The notes below the pieces were generated by a model that was not told the DNA's origin, searched no databases, and saw only the letters and a program-made list of their open reading frames with translations. A DNA stretch of 64,000 nucleotides. It comes from an uncultured Clostridia bacterium. GTDB taxonomy: Bacteria > Cyanobacteriota > Vampirovibrionia > Gastranaerophilales > Gastranaerophilaceae. The position numbers and the translations under genes are program-made. Positions 1 to 8,527 of the stretch are shown one piece after another; position 1 is the first letter of the stretch; the number at the start of each line of letters is the position of its first letter. The stretch is from assembly GCA_945946765.1 (NCBI GenBank), contig CAMEWS010000003.1, positions 480 through 64,479 of the forward strand, read 5' to 3'.

Positions 1-445
1 GACCGTCTAATTCAAACATATACGATTCTTTTGGTGCAACATTCAAAATAATTTGTTCCAGTTCTCCATTTTTTATAAATCTATATGTTTTTATAGGAAA
101 AAAAGTTCCTACATTTTTATCTATTGCTTCAAGTTTTCCGTTTTCATAATAATAAGCATAATTGGGATTATCGTAATATATAACACCATAAGTTCCGTCA
201 TCAAAAAACACAAGTCTTCTATCTTTCAACCTGTTTACACCGTTAGCTTTAGCCTTCATGTTATCTTTGTAATTAGGGTCAGTTTTGTGTGCATTGATGA
301 TTGACTTTGGCAACGTGTATTCCACATCCGCAAATGCTTCTTTGCGTGCCGTTTCTACTGTGTAGGTCACACCGCCCTTCACAGTATATCCGCTCAACGG
401 CACACTCAAAATCATTATCAATATTGCATATATTACTTTCTTCAT
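1..445 (-). CDS. hypothetical secreted protein (N-terminus present, C-terminus runs off the window)
   Basis: Absent from the ORF track because the window edge cuts it. Reverse-strand reading from the ATG at 443-445 gives MKKVIYAILIMILSVPLSGYTVKGG..., a signal-peptide-like start, and stays open to position 1. Confidence 0.5.
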   Translation of the reverse strand, partial: MKKVIYAILIMILSVPLSGYTVKGGVTYTVETARKEAFADVEYTLPKSIINAHKTDPNYKDNMKAKANGVNRLKDRRLVFFDDGTYGVIYYDNPNYAYYYENGKLEAIDKNVGTFFPIKTYRFIKNGELEQIILNVAPKESYMFELDG

Positions 446-548
446 TTTGTGATTATAGCATTTATTTTTTTATGCCGCTATATAATACTACCTTGTAAGG
501 ATAAGGTGACAATAATAATCAAAGTAAATTGCAACACACGCACACTTG

Positions 549-740
549 CTATCTGACACAAGCTGCCATTTGCGACAGTGCATTTATCGCATCTTTCCCG
601 ACCAGCGCAGTTTGCCTTACGGAACTTTTTGAGGTTTGAAACATCAAATCAGACGAAGCGTACAAAAATGCAAAAAGCTTTCTTGGTGAAGATTCCCAAA
701 ACTCCGCATCACTCCATCCAAGAAAAGTTCTTGCAATCAC
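549..740 (-). CDS. small phage/GTA tail assembly chaperone-like protein (rcc01693-like)
   Basis: The 63-aa ORF contains LGWSDAEFWESSPRKLFAFL. This resembles the xxEFWxMTPREL signature of the small GTA/phage tail chaperone family. It lies directly downstream of a second chaperone-like ORF. Confidence 0.4.
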   Translation of the reverse strand: MIARTFLGWSDAEFWESSPRKLFAFLYASSDLMFQTSKSSVRQTALVGKDAINALSQMAACVR

Positions 741-763
741 GTAATTTTTAACCCAATCATATT

Positions 764-1144
764 TTAATTCTTCACTGTTTTGGATTTCTTCGCAGGTACT
801 TTTTTTTTAACATTTCTCATGTATTCAGGCGGTAACAAAGGCATCAAAAAAGAAAACCGAACATAATCCTTTATACCGTTCCACGCACTTGGATTTTTTT
901 GTATAAATTTTTTCGCCGTTTCAATTTCTTTTAAAGAATGATGTTTGAGTAATCCTGCTTGTAAAAACTCAAATACCTCAGCATACATAATGTTGTCCAA
1001 AGCAAGAAATTTGTCATAATACTCATAAATACTTTTACCTGTTTGCTTTTCCAAAGCCGCATAAGCACAATGGTCAAACTCTATTGTGTACTCTTTTTCA
1101 GCGATTTTAATCTTACAATTGTTGTTCAAAATATCTTCTAACAT
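764..1144 (-). CDS. phage/GTA tail assembly chaperone-like protein (gp10-like)
   Basis: I chose the start at the ATG 1142-1144 because a strong AGGAGGTG RBS sits just upstream. The longer 764..1267 track ORF would overlap the upstream gene. Family call rests on size, position next to the rcc01693-like ORF and loose sequence resemblance only. Confidence 0.4.
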   Translation of the reverse strand: MLEDILNNNCKIKIAEKEYTIEFDHCAYAALEKQTGKSIYEYYDKFLALDNIMYAEVFEFLQAGLLKHHSLKEIETAKKFIQKNPSAWNGIKDYVRFSFLMPLLPPEYMRNVKKKVPAKKSKTVKN

Positions 1145-1145
1145 T

Positions 1146-1625
1146 TTACACCTCCGTATTAATAATCTCTGACTTGAACATTTCATCCGCCAATTTTTTA
1201 ACATTAGCTTTAAACACTTTCCTGTTGCCTGATTCATCAAAATATCTTGCAACCTGTGTTGTGTCATTAACTGTTTTGCCGTAAACCCACGGTATTTTTT
1301 GGGAATACTGATGAGTTTTCACAGGGCAGCACTGTGGTTGTCGCACTCTCATGTCTTTTGTCCTCTCCAAAAATTTAAAAGCCCCTTTACCCTTTATTGA
1401 TTGAGTAAACAAAAGCTTTAAAACTCCGTTTTCTTTTGTATAACTATGAATTTCCAGTTTTAAACACCCATGTTTTTGGCAACAAAGAGTGTAAACAATT
1501 TGTTTATAAACCCTTTTCCCGCCAATAATGTCATCCACAGGTTTTTTAAGGTGATAGGTTTCTATACACCAGTAAGTTTTAGGGTCTTGCGTAGAATACA
1601 CAAGACCGCAGCAATAAAATTTCAT
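1146..1625 (-). CDS. hypothetical Cys-rich protein (possibly phage-derived)
   Basis: 159-aa ORF abutting the chaperone-like gene. No recognisable motifs. Confidence 0.35.
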   Translation of the reverse strand: MKFYCCGLVYSTQDPKTYWCIETYHLKKPVDDIIGGKRVYKQIVYTLCCQKHGCLKLEIHSYTKENGVLKLLFTQSIKGKGAFKFLERTKDMRVRQPQCCPVKTHQYSQKIPWVYGKTVNDTTQVARYFDESGNRKVFKANVKKLADEMFKSEIINTEV

Positions 1626-1770
1626 CCTCGCTCCTAAATTTTCTTGAAGTACATATCAAATGTTGAAACGGGCACAACTATCCCAGTTTAATGCAAATTG
1701 TGCTTACAACTTTTTGCAAACAGTTCGCATTTAGTTTTATTAATTTTACTTATAGCACAAATTTTTTATC

Positions 1771-1944
1771 CTTGTGGATAAACTTTTTTGGAAGTGTTTC
1801 GAATTTCCTTCACGCTCGAATAGTCGAGCCTTTTGTGCTTTGCACAGTCGGCTCTTTATTCTCGCTAACCGGGTTGGGTCACTTCGTGACTCGGCACCCG
1901 TACGGAAATCCGACTTGTGGATAAACTTTTTTGGAAGTGTTTCG
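1771..1944 (+). repeat. two perfect 31-bp direct repeats (1771-1801, 1914-1944) bracketing a 112-bp GC-rich hairpin-rich spacer
   Basis: CTTGTGGATAAACTTTTTTGGAAGTGTTTCG occurs twice exactly. Each copy contains TGTGGATAA, the reverse complement of the DnaA-box consensus TTATCCACA. Confidence 0.9.
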
Positions 1945-2173
1945 GATTATTAACAAAAAATTATACAAATTCTTATCTTAAAGCTAAAACACTTACCTAA
2001 AACTACTAAAACACAACATGCCTAATTCAGATAATGAAAACCCTATTTAAAAAATCTACAATAAAACTGTAAGTCGGCTCTTTACCAAGCCAATACAAAA
2101 AACAGACAAACCGTAGTGTCTGCTTTACCAAGCCGACACCAAAAGAACACAGACGAATACAGGAGTTAAAAAC

Positions 2174-2722
2174 ATGGCAGATATGGTTAAAAGATTTTGC
2201 AACACCTTTCTTGTAGAAGGTATATTTATCGCAATAGTAGGTATGTTACTTCTTGTACTTCCGCAAGTTTCAACAATAGCTTTGAGTATTACAATAAGCG
2301 TAGCGTTGATTCTCGCAGGTATCTACAAACTGATAAGCTCAATTATCAGACGTGACGAAATCGAAAAATCATGGCTTAGCGCAATCATAGCAATTCTTAT
2401 GATTGGTACAGGTGCGTATTTAACTGTCAGACCACTGTTCAGCATGCTCATCTTAACAATGGGTGTAGGCATCTACTTTGTTTTGGAAGCTATTAACTCA
2501 ACAGTAATGGCTTTTGAAAGCAAAGGTATACTTAAACACTGGTGGGTCGGACTATTGGCAGGTTTTGTACAGTTTGCATTAGCCTTCCTGATTTTCTTTG
2601 GAATGCCTCAAACAGCCTTGTTTACAATCGGTGTATTAATTGGTGTAAACATGCTTCTGTCAGGTATAGCGCTCATCTCTGTTTACACAGGAGCAGGCTG
2701 TCACAGAATGTCGGAAGCGTAA
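2174..2722 (+). CDS. HdeD/DUF308-family multi-pass membrane protein
   Basis: 182 aa and almost entirely hydrophobic helices, with the repeated DUF308-like pattern (LLLVLPQ..., GIYKLISS, LLSGIALI). Confidence 0.6.
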   Translation: MADMVKRFCNTFLVEGIFIAIVGMLLLVLPQVSTIALSITISVALILAGIYKLISSIIRRDEIEKSWLSAIIAILMIGTGAYLTVRPLFSMLILTMGVGIYFVLEAINSTVMAFESKGILKHWWVGLLAGFVQFALAFLIFFGMPQTALFTIGVLIGVNMLLSGIALISVYTGAGCHRMSEA

Positions 2723-2875
2723 TTTTTCATATATCACACACACAATCAAAAAACCTTCCAACATTTATAATTTCAACAGCAGGAAACACGATACACACCC
2801 TCAAGGGATTCTGCTGTGAGCCCAAAGCTAAACACAACATTGGACTAAGCTTTGGGCTCTTCTTTGCCAAAAAAC

Positions 2876-3766
2876 TTATACGTACTCTTTCAAAACTTCG
2901 TACAATTCTTTGCGCTCAGTTTCATCAAGCTCAACCAACGGACGGCGCACAAAGTTTTTAATAATACCCATTTTAGACAAACATTCCTTAACGGGAACAG
3001 GGTTTGGCGCCATAAAAATCTTTTTAAATAAAGGATAAAGTTTTAAATGCATGTCAGTAGCTTCTTTTACATTACCAGACTTGTATAAATCGAGCATTTT
3101 GTGCATTTCTTTACCAATAATATGAGAAGCCACCGAAATTACCCCATAAGCTCCAACTGAAATCATAGGAAGCGTAAGACTGTCATCACCCGAATAAATA
3201 ATAAAATCATCAGGACAAAGACGTCTTGTTTCCGTAATAACATCCATATCCGCAAGACTTTGTTTTACGGCAAAAATATTTTTGTGCATTTTTGCAAGAG
3301 TTGCAATAGTTTCAGGCTTCATCGTAATTCCTGTTCTTCCGGGAATATTGTATAAAAGAATCGGTAAATCCGTAGACTTTGCAATAGTAGAAAAATGTTC
3401 AATCAAACCTTTTTGAGAAGGCTTGTTGTAATAAGGTACAACAGACAAAATAGCATCCGCACCGCATTCTTTAGCATTTTTTGTTGCCATAACAGCGGTT
3501 TCGGTACAATTCGACCCTGCCCCGAGAATCAATTTTACTCTACCATTGGCAACTTTTTTTACAAATTTAAAAATTTCCACTTCTTCTTCATGGGTCAAAG
3601 TAGGTGATTCACCCGTTGTGCCGGCAATAAGTATACTTTCCGTACCTGTTGCAATCAAATGTTCAACAAGCTTTTCCAGAGCCTTATAATCAACTTTTCT
3701 GTCTTCATCCATCGGCGTAATCATCGCCGTAACAATTTCTCCCGCATCAAAACGCATAGTCGTCAT
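2876..3766 (-). CDS. dapA: 4-hydroxy-tetrahydrodipicolinate synthase
   Basis: 296 aa with GTTGESPTLTHEE, YNKPSQ and YNIPGRTG motifs typical of DapA. Confidence 0.93.
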   Translation of the reverse strand: MTTMRFDAGEIVTAMITPMDEDRKVDYKALEKLVEHLIATGTESILIAGTTGESPTLTHEEEVEIFKFVKKVANGRVKLILGAGSNCTETAVMATKNAKECGADAILSVVPYYNKPSQKGLIEHFSTIAKSTDLPILLYNIPGRTGITMKPETIATLAKMHKNIFAVKQSLADMDVITETRRLCPDDFIIYSGDDSLTLPMISVGAYGVISVASHIIGKEMHKMLDLYKSGNVKEATDMHLKLYPLFKKIFMAPNPVPVKECLSKMGIIKNFVRRPLVELDETERKELYEVLKEYV

Positions 3767-3812
3767 AAAACTCTCCTTGTTATAATCTTCTTCATATTGT
3801 CAGTATATTATA

Positions 3813-4259
3813 TTATTTGATATAATTACAATAACCTTTTTCAACAAGATGCTTGTTTAAACTGTTCTTGCCAAGATACATTTCACCTACATAGTAGCCG
3901 TTTATACCAATGCCCAAAGGCTTGAAATAAATATCACCTTTATATTGACTAATCAAATTCATTGCATAAGACATCGGTTTTTGGTTAATAAATTGCCATA
4001 TCCCAACAGGCATAATATAACGTATACCGTTAATTGTACGATAAGTCCGTTGTAAATTATATTCTTTACAATCCAAATTTGCCAAAATTGCAACTGTTGC
4101 AACGCTACGTTCAGGTTTAATTTTAAACTTAACTGCATTGTCAACATCCGTAACAACAACTTTTAATATCTCCTGATGTTTTTGCTTAACAGCAAAAACC
4201 GGCAAAGAAACAACTAACATAACAAACACTAAAACAAACAGTTTTTTAAACACATTCAC
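3813..4259 (-). CDS. secreted thermonuclease (SNase)-like OB-fold protein, possibly non-catalytic
   Basis: N-terminal signal peptide. The C-terminal GYYVGEMYLGKNSLNKHLVEKGYC resembles the SNase C-terminus. Canonical catalytic residues are not evident. Confidence 0.35.
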   Translation of the reverse strand: MNVFKKLFVLVFVMLVVSLPVFAVKQKHQEILKVVVTDVDNAVKFKIKPERSVATVAILANLDCKEYNLQRTYRTINGIRYIMPVGIWQFINQKPMSYAMNLISQYKGDIYFKPLGIGINGYYVGEMYLGKNSLNKHLVEKGYCNYIK

Positions 4260-5634
4260 CTCTTAAATGCCAAGTACTTGCACTTGTAATTTTTACGTCC
4301 ACAAACTCACCAACAAGATTTTTGTCCCCTTTAAAATGGACTATTTTATTGTTAGGTGCACGCCCCGCAAGGATGATCTCTTCACCTTTTTCTTCATAAG
4401 ATTCCACAAGAATCTCAAAAACCTTACCTACGCATTTTTCATTTGATTTTAAACACGCTTCTCTGTTTTTTTCATTCAAACGTGCAAGACGTCCAAACTT
4501 TGTTTCTTCATCAATAAATTTTTCCGTCCACTTAGCCGCTTTGGTTTTTACACGTGGTGAATAAGCCGCTGTATTTGAATAATCCAGTTCAAATTCATCA
4601 ATTGCGGACAACGTATCAAGAAATTCTTCTTCCGTTTCACCCGGGAAACCCGCAATAAAATCCGAAGTTATAGCTACATCGTCAAAAGTTTCTCTGATTT
4701 TTTTTACAATAACACCGTATTCTTCACGGTTGTAACGTCTGTTCATTTCTTTAAGAACCTTTGAATTGCCCGACTGCATGGGAATATGGAAAAACTCACA
4801 AACTTTATCACACTCTTTTACAGCCTTTATTAAATCATCGGAAATATCCGTAGGATAAGAAGTGACAAAACGGATTCTAAACTTACCTTCAATACTGTTT
4901 AACTTTCTCAAAAGATTTGCCAAAGTAGGTTCAACCCCGTCTTCAACCTCAAGGTTTTTACCATAACTGTCAACATTTTGCCCAAGAAGTGTAATTTCCT
5001 TAAAGCCTTCTTGTATAGCTTTTTTAGACTCAGCAACAATCTCGGACATTTTTCGGCTGCGTTCTCTGCCTCTTGTAAAAGGGACTATACAATAAGTGCA
5101 AAAATTGTTGCAACCTTCCATAATAGGAATCCACGCATTCAAACTTTTAGCACGTTTAATTTCATATTTTGCTTCTTCTTCCCCGTCAGTAAATTTTTTA
5201 GGGGTTTCGTTTGTTGCACAAACCCGCTCGCCTTCGTCTACTCTGCGCAATAAATAAGGAAGCTCATACACATTGTTTGTGCCAAAAACCAAATCCACAT
5301 ACGGAAAACGTTTTAATAATTTTTCTTTATCCTGTTGAGCAACACAACCGCAAAAAGCAATTTTAATTTCTCTAAAAGGTTTGCCCTGCAATTCTTTTTG
5401 ACGCTCATCATTTTTCCATTTGCCCCAAACCCCGACAAGACTGTATGCTTTGTCCGCAGATAATTGACGAATGGAACAGGTATTTACAATCAAAAGATTT
5501 GCCTCTTTTGAATCTTCAGTTTGCTCATATCCAAAATGGGACAACATCCCCAAAATACGTTCAGTGTCAGACTTGTTCATCTGACAACCCATAGTTTCTA
5601 TATAAACCTTTTTATTAAAATTCTTATTTTCCAT
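4246..5634 (-). CDS. miaB: tRNA (N6-isopentenyl-A37) methylthiotransferase
   Basis: ETMGCQMNKSDTE N-terminal UPF0004 domain, radical-SAM CNNFCTYCIVP motif and a C-terminal TRAM-like region. Confidence 0.88.
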   Translation of the reverse strand: MENKNFNKKVYIETMGCQMNKSDTERILGMLSHFGYEQTEDSKEANLLIVNTCSIRQLSADKAYSLVGVWGKWKNDERQKELQGKPFREIKIAFCGCVAQQDKEKLLKRFPYVDLVFGTNNVYELPYLLRRVDEGERVCATNETPKKFTDGEEEAKYEIKRAKSLNAWIPIMEGCNNFCTYCIVPFTRGRERSRKMSEIVAESKKAIQEGFKEITLLGQNVDSYGKNLEVEDGVEPTLANLLRKLNSIEGKFRIRFVTSYPTDISDDLIKAVKECDKVCEFFHIPMQSGNSKVLKEMNRRYNREEYGVIVKKIRETFDDVAITSDFIAGFPGETEEEFLDTLSAIDEFELDYSNTAAYSPRVKTKAAKWTEKFIDEETKFGRLARLNEKNREACLKSNEKCVGKVFEILVESYEEKGEEIILAGRAPNNKIVHFKGDKNLVGEFVDVKITSASTWHLRGECV

Positions 5635-5703
5635 AATAATATTATATAGAAAACAAAAAAAGGCGCAGTAAAATACTGCACCTTTTTTAATCTTTATTTA
5701 AAC

Positions 5704-7575
5704 TTACACATCATGAGGTTGTCTTGCTTCTTCAACTCGTTTCATAATTGCAACAAATTCCTCTTCATCAAGTGTTTCTTTTTCCAAGAGTTCTTTTGCA
5801 ATCACCTCAAGCATATCTCTGTTGCCTAGTAAAAGTTCTTTTGCAAGGTTGTATCTTTCATCAACAATGCGTTTAACCTCTCTGTCTATGTCAGCAGCAA
5901 TTTCTTCGGAATAATCACGAGAATGTCCGAAATCTCTGCCCATAAACACATGTTCTTGACTTTTTCCGTACGCCATGTTGCCCATTTTAAAAGACATACC
6001 GTACGTTGTAACCATGTTTCTTGCCGTAGCTGTAACTTTTTCAAGGTCGTTTTGAGCACCTGTCGTAATCGAATCGGGACCGTAAACAATTTCCTCCGCA
6101 ACACGTCCGCCCAACAACATCGTAATTCTGTCTAAAAGTTGTGTTTTCTTAAGCGTTAAGTGGTCTTTTTCAGGCAAAGTCATTGTAACCCCAAGAGCCA
6201 TACCACGAGGGATAATAGACACTTTGTGCAACGGGTCTGTATCTTTTAACAATTTTGCAAGCAATGCGTGACCGACTTCATGGTATGCGGTATTTTCTTT
6301 TTCTTCATCCGAAATAATTCTGCTTTTCTTTTCAGGTCCTGCAATAACCTTGTCAATAGCCTCCTCAAGATTAAGCATATTGATTTTATCTTCATTTTTT
6401 CTTGCAGCAAGCAACGCAGCTTCATTTAAAAGATTTTGCAAATCTGCACCCGTAAACCCCGGAGTTCTTTTAGCAAGAACCTTTAAATCCACATCTTCGG
6501 CAAGCGGTTTATTTTTTGCATGGACATTAAGAATCTGTTCTCTGCCCAAAATATCAGGTCTGTGAACAACAATCTGCCTGTCAAAACGTCCCGGTCTTAA
6601 TAAAGCATTGTCAAGAATATCAGGTCTGTTTGTTGCAGCAATAACAATAATATTTGTATTTTCGTCAAAACCATCCATTTCAACAAGCAACTGGTTAAGA
6701 GTTTGTTCTCTTTCGTCATGTCCGCCGCCCATGCCGGCACCTCTTTGACGTCCTACAGCATCAATTTCATCAATAAATATAATACATGGCTGATGTTTTT
6801 TAGCCTGTTCAAACAAATCTCTTACACGTGATGCACCAACACCGACAAACATTTCCACAAAATCGGAACCGCTGATTGAGAAGAAGGGTACACCGGCTTC
6901 ACCTGCAACAGCTTTAGCCATCAATGTTTTACCCGTCCCCGGTACACCCACAAGCAAAACGCCTTTTGGAATTTTAGCACCAAGCTTAATATATTTTTCA
7001 CCGTTTTTGAGGAAATCTACGATTTCTTCAAGCTCTTGTTTTTCTTCATCAATACCTGCAACATCTTTAAACGTTACTTTAACTTTGCTGTCTAAAAGCA
7101 ACTTTGCCTTGCTTTTACCGAAAGACATTGCCTGTGAACCGCCTGATTGAAGTGTTTTAGCCATTAATATAACAAAACCTATAATCAATACAAACGGAAG
7201 AATTATAGATAAAAATCCCATAAATTGAGAAGAATCACTGGGTTTTTTAATGTTAACATCCACATTTTGTGCTTCCAATTTTTGGTATAAGGTTATATCA
7301 TTCATCGGAAGCATAACTCTGTATTGAACACTCACGGGATGTTTTGGATTAACAACGGTGGTAACGGTTTCCGTATGTCCTGCTTTTGGCTTTGCAATAA
7401 GTGTTTCTTTATCTATTTGTACGGATTCAATCTGTCCGCTTTTAACCTTACTCAAAAATTGTGAATACGAAATATCTTTTGTGTCGGTAGTTTGTCCCGG
7501 AAAAAGCATGGACGCAAGACACAAAATCAATAACACAACTACTATCCATATACCCATAGATTGACTTTTATTCAT
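5704..7575 (-). CDS. ftsH: ATP-dependent zinc metalloprotease FtsH
   Basis: Walker A GVPGTGKT, Walker [10 protein letters not shown], second region of homology, and the HEVGHAL zinc site. Two N-terminal TM segments. Confidence 0.97.
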   Translation of the reverse strand: MNKSQSMGIWIVVVLLILCLASMLFPGQTTDTKDISYSQFLSKVKSGQIESVQIDKETLIAKPKAGHTETVTTVVNPKHPVSVQYRVMLPMNDITLYQKLEAQNVDVNIKKPSDSSQFMGFLSIILPFVLIIGFVILMAKTLQSGGSQAMSFGKSKAKLLLDSKVKVTFKDVAGIDEEKQELEEIVDFLKNGEKYIKLGAKIPKGVLLVGVPGTGKTLMAKAVAGEAGVPFFSISGSDFVEMFVGVGASRVRDLFEQAKKHQPCIIFIDEIDAVGRQRGAGMGGGHDEREQTLNQLLVEMDGFDENTNIIVIAATNRPDILDNALLRPGRFDRQIVVHRPDILGREQILNVHAKNKPLAEDVDLKVLAKRTPGFTGADLQNLLNEAALLAARKNEDKINMLNLEEAIDKVIAGPEKKSRIISDEEKENTAYHEVGHALLAKLLKDTDPLHKVSIIPRGMALGVTMTLPEKDHLTLKKTQLLDRITMLLGGRVAEEIVYGPDSITTGAQNDLEKVTATARNMVTTYGMSFKMGNMAYGKSQEHVFMGRDFGHSRDYSEEIAADIDREVKRIVDERYNLAKELLLGNRDMLEVIAKELLEKETLDEEEFVAIMKRVEEARQPHDV

Positions 7576-7778
7576 AAATTTTCCTCATTATAATCATTTC
7601 CCTGAACTTGTTTTAGAGTCCAAATAATTCACAAACACCAAAACAAGCTTGCAAAATATTCTTGTTATCAAATTATAACAGTTTTGTAAACTTATGTAAA
7701 TTATAACCTAAAAACCATAAAGTTTCTACCTAAAATTGCCGATATAAAAAGTACAAGCAATAAGGGGTATGATTCAAA

Positions 7779-8297
7779 ATGAGTTTTGGCATTACATTAA
7801 ACACAAACAGAAATTACATTGATACATCAGCAGTTGGCGAAATAACAAAACAAATTTTCACAAATGCGGAATCAAAAACAACTGATATCAATACAACTTT
7901 TGACCTTTCAAAATTCAGAAGACCTGAAGTTGGCATAGATTTATACAGCCAAAGAACAAATCTTGATACAACAAAATTTGTAGCAGTAAGAAATGCAGGT
8001 CTGGATATCAACTTAAACCAAAATTTTATTGCAAACGTTCAATATCTCAATACAATGGCAGCTATTGACTCTACAAAAATTCGTAAAAATGTTGAAGGAA
8101 AAGTTATGGCTCCAATCGCAGAAGGCGAAAAAGTTGAAATCAAAAACATCTTTAACCTTCCTGAAACAGTTGAATTAACAAACTCCAAAAACCTTGATAA
8201 AGATAAAAGAGGTTCAAACCCTTTTTCTTTCTCTTCTATGAATACTAATAAAGGCAAAGAACAACAAGAAGAAACACTTGTAAATATCTTTGCGTAA
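7779..8297 (+). CDS. hypothetical protein
   Basis: 172-aa ORF in an otherwise empty intergenic space. No motif recognised. Confidence 0.4.
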   Translation: MSFGITLNTNRNYIDTSAVGEITKQIFTNAESKTTDINTTFDLSKFRRPEVGIDLYSQRTNLDTTKFVAVRNAGLDINLNQNFIANVQYLNTMAAIDSTKIRKNVEGKVMAPIAEGEKVEIKNIFNLPETVELTNSKNLDKDKRGSNPFSFSSMNTNKGKEQQEETLVNIFA

Positions 8298-8527
8298 TTA
8301 AATTATACATTCCCTGTGTAAATATCTTATTGCTTAATTCCCCTCGATGAGTCCGTAAAACTCATCTTTTTTTTGCCCATTGAAAACATGTGTTTTGGAA
8401 AATCAAGAGAATTATATATCCTCATTGTACAGGAGTTTAAAATTTCTCAAAACGGGTATTATGTATATAGGACAACCTGTTTCATAAACGAGCATGTCAT
8501 TATACAAAATCCAATAAAGGTCAAAAT

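Noticed and set aside
764-1267. Long 167-aa form of the chaperone-like ORF
   Set aside because: The first 41 codons overlap the upstream 159-aa gene and lack an RBS. The internal ATG at 1144 has an AGGAGGTG RBS.
1691-1924. 77-aa plus-strand ORF spanning the direct-repeat/hairpin region
   Set aside because: It has no RBS. It runs across the repeat and the GC-rich hairpin cassette, and its composition looks like translated non-coding repeat sequence.
1771-1944. Possible CRISPR array or chromosomal origin, given repeats with DnaA boxes
   Set aside because: There are only two repeat copies, a spacer of 112 bp and no cas genes, so this is not a CRISPR array. Only two DnaA boxes (duplicates of each other), no box cluster, and no adjacent dnaA or dnaN argue against oriC.
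2542-2961. 139-aa plus-strand ORF overlapping the end of the DUF308 gene and the end of dapA
   Set aside because: It overlaps two well-supported genes out of frame or antisense. No RBS, and the composition is Cys/Arg-rich and odd.
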